A DNA stretch of 61,865 nucleotides, filler included, from Catajapyx aquilonaris (taxonomy: Eukaryota), in the NCBI GenBank assembly GCA_000934665.2. It is 3 parts of 3 records of this genome, joined end to end, with 100 filler letters (N's around TTAATTAATTAA, not from the genome) between each part and the next. Parts side by side here need not be neighbours in the genome. Positions count along the whole stretch, not along the records: positions 35,934 to 61,865 come from JYFJ02007032.1; 2 more parts are not named here. The stretch is one strand, 5' to 3'. The translations under genes were made by a program, and so were the position numbers. Below the pieces are notes generated by a model. It saw nothing but the letters and a program-made list of their open reading frames with translations. It was not told the DNA's origin and searched no databases. This document shows, one piece after another, positions 38,623 through 50,100 of this stretch (positions are counted from its first letter, which is position 1; each line of letters starts with the position of its first letter).

Positions 38623-41600
38623 ATGGCCCTAAGGAGTATTCTGGGAATGAACAGACGCAAGAAGAAGAAGAAGCCTCAGGAGACGATAAACAGAACTTTT
38701 GAGGAGCTCAGCACAAGTGATTCGGTGTGTAAATGTTCCGACTATGGAAGCGGAACATTTTTTTGTCCCGATTCGTAACTGTAAGTTTTAAACAAATTTC
38801 ATTTTGCAGAACGGGGAACCAATAGGACTTGGCATAATCCGTCGATTCGACATGGCTTTTGAGCGACCATTCGCTGTGTATTTTCCCGGAGATGACGTCA
38901 AAGGCGAACTAATCCTGGAATTAACAGACGCCATGGTTCTAAAAGGTACGGTGGCCATTGTGTGGTTAACAATGCATGTGACGGCCGCAGTCCTGTTTCG
39001 AAGCTACAGATTGGGAAAGCCTAGTGGCTGGTTCGTTATTTAACTGTCAGTACAGCGCCATCTGTAAACGGCAAGATGGCCGCCGCGCGCATGGCTCACA
39101 TCTTACTGTAGCTATTATTTAAATACAAACTGTACCAAAATTATTGTATATTTTTAAAAAATTTTACCCTGTGATAGGGGAGCCCTTTTAGAGGGAAAGA
39201 GGAGGTTCCCGAGGGATGGCGCGTCATTTCTGACTTTCTGAAAATACACCAGACCTTTTCTCCTGGCCCTGGGAAGAGTAGGGAGTGCTATTCTTCCCCA
39301 GCATGTCATGTGAAAATTATTATAATATTAAAAATATGTACTGTAGATTGTCCTCAAACTTTACATTAACATTAACATCAATTGTAATGCAGGAATAACG
39401 GCCAGATTCGTAGGTGAAGCTTACATCAACTTTCCTGACAAATCGGCAACCCAGCAGTACATGCTGATCCTAAAAGAACGTGCAAGATCGAAGAAAAAAA
39501 ACAAAATGTAAGTATAGGTCTATAGAAGAATGCGGAATGTTGGGTATGCAAAGTTCGGCGAAAATTCTCTTTTTTATCGCAGAGCCGCGAGCGACGTTGC
39601 AAAAACCGGGCCGAGTTTAGCAACTGAGCTGAACACAAAGTTGCAGGCATCGAACGGCCAGGCAAAAAACGGAAGACCTAAAGCTCGTAAACGGAAAAAA
39701 CCAAAAGAGGTGCCTGTACCGAGAGCCAAATTCACGGAGAATTATTTCGACAACACTATAGTGGTCTTTGGTCATAAGTACGGCAGCAAATGGAATCCTA
39801 CTCCAGGTAATACTATATGCAAATTGTGTTAATAAATATTCAGAATATTCCTTTGCCAGGTGCTTGGACAGGTGGTTGACATGTTTTTCTTTCGAGTCTT
39901 TCAGTTATAAACAATTAAAGCACAAGTACAAGCAGCTAATTAAAAACTTACTCAGCAAACTGTCCTTTTTTGTCGCAATTATGCAAAGTTTTCGATACTA
40001 TTATTCAATTTCTATAGGAAAATGGGACTCACCACCTGAACGTAATTGCATTACAAACTTTTGCATATGGCGCAATTTCTTTGAGAAACTTAGTAATATG
40101 TCGACAGTGTTTCAATTTGCAAATGACATGGTCATCATCAATGGTATTGCTCAACACCTTTCCTTTCATGTTGTGTCATCATCATCAGGCCAGAAGGAGA
40201 TATTGAACGCAGGACTGCACGCATTTCCAATCACGTACTCGTTGCCACCTAACCTTCCATCGTCCTTTCATGGCAATCACGGTTACATACGATATTACTG
40301 CGAACTATGTCTGGAACGTACAGGCCCACCAACTCTCATGAGGAAAGTTTACTTCAGCATCAATCACATTGTTGACCTCAACTTTGACCACAAAGCAGAG
40401 GTGAGTCAGCCTAAAGTAGCACAGTGACATCCTATGGATATCGAAATATTCAGTGGATATGTAGATATCCATAGGATGTCGCAGGGCGTTTCGTGCTACT
40501 AATGAGAAACGAGGCCGTTGTATACATTTGAACCTGTTTTGGTCAATTCCTTCAGGGGGCATCCAGTGCCACGATGACCTCCAACCTTTGCTGCTTTTGT
40601 TGCTCGAGAGGTTCCATTGTTGCTCAGGCCAGGATACGTCACAGGGGATTCGTCTGTGGAGAGATCATCCCAATCAACGCTGAGGTTGCCAATATCAGCA
40701 ATCAAGTCATCACCTCTAATTACTTCCGGCTCATGCAGGTACTTATTTGATGTACAGCACACAGGAAGTCTGAACTTTGATGGTAATTATAGGGCAGCTG
40801 TTTGAGGAACTAATTATGCTGGAGAGAGGCTTTTGACTGAAGTGATTACCTGGAATTTGGCAAAGTACTCGTTGTAATGAACTGATTGTTAGGGTACTAC
40901 TTGGCTTGCAGAAAGTTTTCTAATATCATGTTGGAAGCATCCTTATGTTTGCTACATCAAATGTCTAACGCTAATCTGCTCAAAAATTTAACTGATATCA
41001 ATAATAACTTCATATATTAAAGTTACTGAAAGTGTTAAAGTTTTTAAAAAATCTATAGCTATATATGCTTTCTGAAAAATTCGCAGAAAACGTCAACATT
41101 AATTTTGGGCAGAAATTCTCGCAGTTGACTCTGGACCACAAAACCGCAGAAAAAAAGTTCATGAAATATTTAACTATACTCGTTGATGAAAATGGCTGCC
41201 TCGTCAGAATATGCAAATGGCAAGCTTTTCAAATTCGCTTCGGACGTTAATGGAAAAGGTGGTCAGGAACCTTTCTGAATTATACCAAAAATAGTCGCTG
41301 TAAATATTATATTAATTTTTTTACAACTATATGTAGGGCCTATGCCAAAGTTTTCGTACAAGCGTCGGTATGTAATACTATGGGTAGTAAAAAATACGAT
41401 TGGTTGAAAATTCAAGGCGGAAATGAACCTCCATATAATCTGAGCAGATAGTTCTGGCCTCTTCCTATATTCGCAATCATTTCCTCCCCAAAATTTGAGA
41501 GGGTATGAAGTGCGCGGATCTCATTTTTGCAAAATGGGTCCCAGATGTGCAGTCAAAAGCGATAGGGAAAATAGTATGGACAAAGGCTTGAATTTTGATT

Positions 41601-42578
41601 GGAACTTCACAAAGTAGTTTTCGACCCACTCTATTTTTTATTTTTTTGCAGAATTGTAAAAGCGGCCAGGTAATTTGTGTGGTGCACTTATCCCTTGTCC
41701 TCTCCAGAATTTGACAGACAGAACAAAGAGAGCTCTCAGAGTAGATTAGTGGTCGTTTCATGAAGCGGGTCATCAACGTTTCTTTGTTTAATGATTTCTG
41801 GCAGTACCGTTTTTGCACCTAATTATTAAGGTAGTCCCTTAATTAATTTTTTCTTCCAAATATTAGTTAGTGAGTTACACCACACCCAGTGGATTCATCC
41901 AGAAACGTGAAGAACGTGAGGTCAGAAGAATCTCACATGGGACTGTCCTACCTGAAGAAACAGATTATTGGGACAATATCGGTATGCTGATTCCACCTCT
42001 TCCAGCCACCAGGTCATCCAAGGCATGCAAAGTCATCGACATATCATACCGACTAGAGGTATTAAACCCCCTCTTTAAAAAATTTTTAAAAGCACTTCTA
42101 GTAAGTAACCGCAATTTCAGTTTGTGATCGAAACTGAGCGATCCAAAGTACTGAGTATGCGCCTACCTCTTGTGATTGGAAGCTTCCCTCTTCAAAGTCG
42201 CTTCAGAGTACTTCGAAAGGCAAAGGATACAAAGGATTCTGTACAACTCCCAATACGACACTACCCATCTGCTCGTAAGTCCATTACATCTTGTCCAACA
42301 AATTCTCTTCTTTGTTACTACAAAAAAAAACCAAAAAACAAACAAACGAACAAACTTTTCTCTGTATGTATCTTTTTCCAGCCGAAATTACATTTGAGGA
42401 GTGCATTTTCGGTCCTCAGGATCGGAACTACTTCTATAGACAAAACCCACGTCCTTTTGACGATGTGGGTATGGAGAAGTTTCCATGCAACGAAGAATTT
42501 GCACCCTCGTACATCACTTGCAGCCAACTGAATATACCCAGCTCATCTGTACGACATTCGGATCCTGTACCCACGTGA
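38623..42578 (+). CDS. Arrestin domain-containing protein (alpha-arrestin, ARRDC-like), 504 aa
   Basis: Nine phase-consistent exons: 38623-38724, 38810-38945, 39393-39507, 39583-39806, 40189-40400, 40556-40738, 41867-42058, 42121-42274, 42382-42578 (1515 nt). Arrestin_N motifs VYFPGDDVKGEL and AGLHAFPITYSLPPNLPSSFHGNHGYIRYY; Arrestin_C motifs LCCFCCSRGSI, GFVCGEIIPINAEVAN, IPPLPAT, IDISYRLE, LPLVIGSFPL. Confidence 0.9.
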
Positions 42579-42869
42579 GACTTAAGTTCAAACCAAGCGG
42601 AAATTGGCCAAAAATTAATTCAAGCCAAATTAAAGAAGATTTGTAGCACGGATGATTACACTTGCACTTATGACGATTCGCTATTTTTTTTGGAATACTG
42701 TTAGCGACAATTTGATTCAAATGTGACGTTGCTCCGGACCAAACGAAGTGAAAGATTGTATATGTGAATGTGCTTTAAATTGCTCTTACAGTAGCGGTTT
42801 TGGCTTTAAATTGCGTCTACTAAGGCGTTCCTAAAAAGTTAGGTCGCGTCAGGCTTCTTTCAACTCCTA

Positions 42870-43395
42870 TAACTAAGAGGAATTGCTGCTAAATTGTTAT
42901 TAGAGGAATTTCGACTAAAGGAACTGCTACTTAACTGATATTAGAGGAACAGTTACTAAACTGCTACTAGAGGAACAGTTACTAAACTGCTACTAGAGGA
43001 ACAGTTACTAAACTGCTACTAGAGGAACTGTTACTAAAATGTTACTAGAAGAAGTTTTATTAAAAGAACTTCTACTAAAGGAACTGCTACTAGACACTAG
43101 AGGACCTGTTACTAAAGTGCTACTAGAGGAACAGTTACTAAACTGCTACTAGAAGAACTGTTACTAAAATGTTACCAGAAGAACTTTTATTAAAAGAACT
43201 TCTACTAAAGGAACTGCTACTAGACACTAGAGGACCTGTTACTAAACTGCTACTAGAGGAACTTTTATTAAAAGAACTTCTACTAAAGGAACTGCTACTA
43301 GGTACTAGAGGAACTGTTACTAAACTGCTAGTAAAGCTAATAAAGGAACTTCTACTAAGATGCTACTAGAGGAACTGCTATTTAAACCGCTACTT
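42870..43395. repeat. Minisatellite (~26-bp actagaggaacagttactaaactgct core with higher-order variants)
   Basis: Tandem units visible directly; source of the spurious LLLKELLL ORF. Confidence 0.9.
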
Positions 43396-44125
43396 TAAGA
43401 GCGATTCAAGCTTACAGGGTACAATGGGGTAACTCTTTACGATGTTGAGGGGCTAATCTCTGATTAGGGCAAATATGTAGTAAATACCTGTACATAATTA
43501 TAATCAGAGATTTTCACAAAACTGGTCCGAATCTCAAATAATATCTGTTCCAAATAACTTTTAGTAAGTAGCTTTATTTCCGTACAAGGACTGCACATAT
43601 GCACGCCGACATACGACAATGTACAAAGTGAGGCAATAATTTTTGTAAGAAGAGTGAATATACGCCATGTTTTTATTGTGTTACGTATAATAATTTAGCG
43701 GTATAGGAATTTGCACTCTGACGTCACCATCCTTAATATATATTGTTAGTGATGTCAGCGGACAATTTCTGGTTATAGATTGTACAATGGCGTTTCGTAA
43801 ATATTGTAACGAGTCTGTAACAGAACCTATGCATAATATATATGGCTTCTAACAATTTCCCATTTCCCGTACAGTTCTCCTGGGATTCCCCGAACTGTTA
43901 CGTAAATTCCTGGAACCAGTTTTATTGCAGTATTTACTTTAAGACCTATACAGTATACGGTGTACTGCAGACACTGAGAGCATTGTTTCGGCCTGATTTC
44001 AGTCGTTTACAGAAGAAATTGCACATAAGAGCACATGAGCAATATAATTAGTTTTGGTGTCACCTGGTGCACATCGTTCGGTTGGAAATACGTCAGGAGG
44101 ACACCGGTTGGAAATACATGCTAAA

Positions 44126-47100
44126 TCACCACCAATCAAATCTTGTCGGGGAACCTTTACACAGGTCCAAAGTAATGTTCAACTTTAAGACCATCGAAGC
44201 TTCTAAATAATTGATGTATATAGGATCCAACGGCTCGTTGTCCAGGTTCACGTGGTTCGGTTTGTGTCCGAACCCGAGCACCTCCACTTGCGTTATGCAC
44301 TGGTACGGATAGCACTCGTACGAAGGCTGGGTACGTTTGATGGTCATACCGTACTGGGTGGCCTGGAACTGGAGGAGGTCGTGACCTCCAGGTCGGGTCA
44401 AACTGTCCGTGCTAGTGCCGTTGTCCAGATAAAGAATTCCTTCTGCGCACACCACTTCGGTCTGGTCCACTGTCTCGTTGTAGAAGTCGTAATTGTCGTA
44501 ATAATCGTAGTTGTACTCGGTGTACTTGGCGCAATTCAGCGCTACCTTTAAGGTGTAGTTGCCCTTCATGCTTTCTTCGGCTGTGGTGGCCACTATGTCA
44601 TCCGGAGGCATATCCTGTGAAGTGAAAGTTAACATTATATGGAATGTATCCAACACAAAGCTATTTCTACCATTTCTATGGACTAATAGTAATTCCATCT
44701 TCTTCCGGATTGGACGAAGCAGCACGTGCTTTTTTCTGACATTAAATTGCGGGCCCTGAAGGACATGGACAAGTAGAAGATTGACTGGGTCACTTGAATG
44801 ATTGCTAAGAAGCCAATATATCAAGGGACCAATGGAAGAGAGTTTCTATTGGAACCCTCCTATATTGCCTCCCTGATTGCTTTGGTCGCCACAAATGGTA
44901 TTTGACCACATTGTTATCAGAGTTGCACCAAGAAAAATTCGGATTTAGGTCCGGTTCTATCCTTGTTAGGTTAGGTTAGGACCTAATCTATCCTAATAAT
45001 CCTATCCTATCCTTACAGTTAAGACGTTTAGGTCCGGTTCTGTCATTTTACAGTCAGGTTAGGATAGGTCTTAACCTAACGTTTCCGTATCATATATCCT
45101 TTCCTAACGTATCCTATCCTTTCGTAACGTTCCCTAACGTATCCTATCCTTTCCTAACGTTCCCTAACGTATCCTTTCCGTTCCAAACGTATCATATCCT
45201 TTCGTAACGTTCCCTAACGTATCCTATCCTTTCCTAACGTTCCCTAACGTATCCTATCCTTTCCTAACGTTCCCTAACGTATCCTATCCTTTCCTAACGT
45301 TTCCTAACGTATCCTATCCTAACCGTTAGGATGTGTTAGGTTAGGTTAGCTCTATAGCGAACGTTCCTCTTTGGATTATCAGTCGATATTTGATATAAAA
45401 ATCCTGATATCGTCCAGTAGCTTCCCAATAGATATGGCTCTTCGCTGCCATCTGTCGCATCACATCCAACAAGGTAAGTGCTCTTAAACAAACCCCTAGT
45501 AATCGTCATGTAAACGGTATCGATCTCTTCCTGCACTTGACGCTCGCATGCTAGTGATGAATAGTTCTCAAACAAAGGAACCTCCCAATAGAGCCTGATT
45601 CGTGCCCGATACTTTCTGCAAATAGTCACGCTAAAGGCAAAACTCACCTGTACTGGAACAATGTGACCTCCTCGCAGGTACACGTGAATTTGGTACTCCA
45701 TAGTCTGGATGCCCTTCCAGGTTCCGATTTGGGAAGATGGTATGGGATTCCCGGTGTCGTATTCGTACCACACGCTCCATGGAGTGTATGCGTATGGCTT
45801 CTGAGCTGCAAAAATGTCCATATTTTAGTAATGGAAGGATTTAATTAATTAATTAATTTAAAAAGGTACGACGATCAAAATGGCGTCTCCTCCAGTGACT
45901 TCACATTGCGCGCGGTCGCCATCTTTGTACTCTGAACAACGGTGCTGACAGGCACTGTGACTCCACATTAATTAAGTAATTAATTTTAATAAATTGAATT
46001 ACATTACTTTAAAGAAGGTCATTAATATTGAAATTAATTGAAATTGATTTAATTAATTGAAATTGATTGAATTAATTGAACTACTTTAACTTAATTTAGT
46101 TAATTTTAACTGATTTAATTAATTGAACTACTTTAACTTGATGTAATTAATTGAACTACTTTAACTTAATTTAGTTAATTTTAACTGATTTAATTAATTT
46201 AACTACTTTAACTTGATTTAATTAATTTTAACTGATTTAATTAAGTTAACAACATTAATTTATATATTTTCATTTAATCCATTTTAATTAATTGGATGAA
46301 AGTGGCGTCACAATGGCTTTCAGCAGTATCTTTCGGAGTACAAAGATGGCAACCGCGCGCAAGGTGAAGCCGCAGTCGGAAGCCGCCATGTTGATCGTAC
46401 CTTTTGAATCAAATGAGCCAGCATTACCACTGCAAATAATTGCGCAAAATTTAATCCTGATTAGCTCATGCAAAAGCGTATAGAGTGGATTAGAGCGTCG
46501 ACGCAAAAAGTGGCCTCTACATTAATGCAACGTCATTTACATAGAGCGAGTCACCACATCAAATAGACCTGGATTTTCTCTGATATTAGGTTTATAGTGG
46601 TTTTTTCCCGCAAAAATGGGCCTTTATGGCAATACTATCGGCGCAAAAGGAGGCGCATGATCTCCCAATGGAGTAATACCAATCAATTACTGATTGTAAC
46701 GAGATTACACCGAAGCTCAATTTTCCTTCCCGTATTCAGTACCATTTATGCAAATATTCGAATGCATAGTTGAATATTCATTACTGTGAAACTTGGTGAA
46801 ATTATTTGCAATCAAAAACAGTTTGCAATGACTTGCAAGTACCTGTATGTTAATGTAATATTTAGCCAATAAAATTATTGCTCCTTTGGGTTTTCAAAAT
46901 ACAGTATAATTTAATTCCCATGCCGATCATGCATTATTGATAGCCATCCACTGCGTATATCAGCTATTCATCATAAGCTATTCATAACCAATCACACAAT
47001 ATAACGTACCCCCCAAAAGTACTGTATGACCTTTAATTATAAGAAGCCGCAACACTATTCTTAATTGCAGGCTCTAATTAGCTGGCATTTCGAAGTAACC

Positions 47101-50100
47101 AGAAATTCGAATATTACGACAAAAATAGTTACTCAAAAATTGAACAAGTTATTTTTTTGAGAGACAATGCGCAAATTTTCCTTCTCTCTTGAACTATCAA
47201 ATTTCGAGTACGTACCGACTTTCCTTTAATTAAGATTCGTACCTGATTACACAGCGTACGGAACAGACAGGCTACTTTAATTAAGCCACTCGTTAAAAAT
47301 GTATACAGTAGTTCGCATAGAGTTTGAGGGAAGAGTAATTAACAGTTCGTAGTTTGTGAGACAATAAGCTAATCAGTTATGGAGTCAACCGATACCTTCC
47401 ACATTTTACCAGGTGAACTTTCACCTGTTGAACTTCATGGTTAGCAAAATGAGATAGGTATAAGTAACTTTCTGCCATATGACGGCACACCCCAGACAGC
47501 CAATGAGCATTCACGCCACTCAGATTTCATTTTTAATTTTAATTCGGCGGAATATCAATAGGCTACTCAAGCTAACACAAGTAAAAGTATAGCTAATATT
47601 ATTTGTAACAGCTACACACAACTGTTCAGATGTAACCACTACAGCTAATACTAGTAGCTAATATTATTGATAACGGTTACACATTACGGTTGAGGTGTAA
47701 TCCCAGCTAAAACGATCAGCTAACATTATATATAACAGTTATGTCGCCAGCTAAGACGAGCAGCTAATATTATTATTATTTTATTTATTTATATTTTATT
47801 TTATTTATTTTATTATTATTATTATTTTATACCGCATTGGGAGAATCGGAGCTCCATTAGGGGTGTGGAATACCATCATTGGATGGGGCCAAGGATAGGG
47901 AAGGAAGGAAACGGCTGTGGCCTATTATACGGAAGCAACTCCGGAATTATCCTGGGGGGACCGTAAACGGTCAGGGTCGCCGCCCCCGGGATTCGAACCC
48001 AGAACCTCCCGATTAGCAGTCGGGCTCCTTAACCACCACACCAACCTGCTTCGGTGCAGCTAACAATATTTATAACAGTTATGTGGCAAACTAATACGAA
48101 TAGGTAATATTATTTATAACAGTTACACATAACTGTTGAGATGTAACTCCAGCTAATACGAGTATCTAACATTATTAATAACAGTTACACACAACTAACA
48201 CAAGCAGCTAATATTATTTATAACAGTTACACATAACTGTTGAGATGTACCTCCAGCTAATACAAGCAGTTAACATTATTTATAACAGTTATGTGGCCAG
48301 CTAATATGAGCAAATATTGTTATGTATAACAGTCACATACAACAAATACAAATAGCTAATATTATTGATATCAGTTACGTGGCCAGCTAATATGAGCAGA
48401 TATTATTATGTATAACAGTTACATACAACTAATACAAGTAGCTAATATTATTTATATCAGTTACTGGTGAGATGTAACAGTTCAATGTAAATCAGCGTGA
48501 CCTCGTTTTGAACCCTGGCCTTACTTACTGTCGTCCATGTCCGGTATGACGAGCATCGCAGGTCCGAGCATGAACTGTCCCGTCGCATTGTGTGTCTGTG
48601 GGTCCTTCCAGAACTCGAACATGACAGGTCGAAGTACCGGGTGTCCCACGGTGGCCGACACGTACATTTGCGTGTAGATGTACGGCAGGAGTTGGTACCG
48701 GTTCCGTATGGCGACGGCTAGTCTGTTAGAGGCGTACTTTGAGAAGGACACCGGTGATCTGCTGGTTCCGTTGATGCCTTGTTCGTTCCTGGCCCAGGGC
48801 ATCATCAGGCCTATTTGGTGCCAACGTATACACAGACGTTCGGCATTGTACGGACGAGGATTCGAATCCCGGTTGCCGCATATGGGCGTACCGGTCATGG
48901 CCACACCGCCCATGCTGGCTTCGATGGCTGAGTACATACTGGCGCCCATGCTGGACCACGTAAAGTTGTACACACCCGGTGTCGCACCTCCGATATGACC
49001 GGAACTTGTCGTACCGGAGTCAGTCATGACCATACGTCTAGCGTCGGTGTACTTGGACATCACCTGGTCTGTGGCTGCCATCAGGCGATGTCCGTACTCA
49101 TTGTGTACGTCCAAGTGTGTCTTGTTGTTCCAGTGTTTGATGCCGACGCACGCTGGAGGACGGATGTCCGCGTGTCTCGGTATGTACGACATGTGGGTAA
49201 GATCGACAGTGCAGTTGGTACGCTCACTCTCAGGCGCATCGTCCGATAAGACAATACCGTCTTTGAAGTTGGAAAAGAGGTCGTGGTACCCATCGGACAA
49301 CCACCGATGCAAGTCAGGATGAAACGTGTCTGGATATACCACTGTACGGTTGTGGTACATCCCGATATACGGAAACGTATTGTTACCCACCATCGTACCG
49401 TTAGTCATAAACAGTTGGTCATACTCAATGTCCATCATTTCGATCGCTGCAATATCACTAGTGTTGACCCGGTACTGTGAGTACCCAACAGGCAGGAACT
49501 TCACATTCGCATGTGACAGGTTCGTCATAATGTTCTCGAACCCTGGGTACGCAACGGTGTTTACTCGGAACTGTTTCAATAGGTCACGATCGATGCAATC
49601 CGAGTCGTAACTGATGTTGTTATTCATCAGCATATTCGTACCGTTCAAGTACACCGTTTCGTTACCAGGACTGAGACACATGTGGTATCCCAATGCCCAG
49701 TACGGAGGAAGCTTGGTACGTCCTGTCAGATTAGACATTTGTTCGTACACGTCTCTAGGTGTGGGTCCACCGAACACATGGAAGTCAAAGTGTCCTCCAA
49801 GTACCTTGATGACCAACGCTGGCATCGGATGCAACTGTACCTCTGTCGGATACGTGGTGTTCAACCACAGACCAAACGCTTCGTCGTATTCATCCACTCC
49901 TAGGTACATCAGAAATCCGGTCCTGTACTGACCTGGCACCATACCGTTTAGGTAGGTGTACCGGGTACCGTCGAACCCAAACATACTCGCACCTTTACCC
50001 ATACCGAAACCACGGTCTGTTGGCATCCGTAGTGTTATTTCCAGGTAGTCATCACTTATGACCAGTGTGCCGTACGCGGTGTCGAACAACGATTCCTTCG

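Noticed and set aside
43169..43369. Leucine-rich ORF LLLKELLL
   Set aside because: Translation of the minisatellite.
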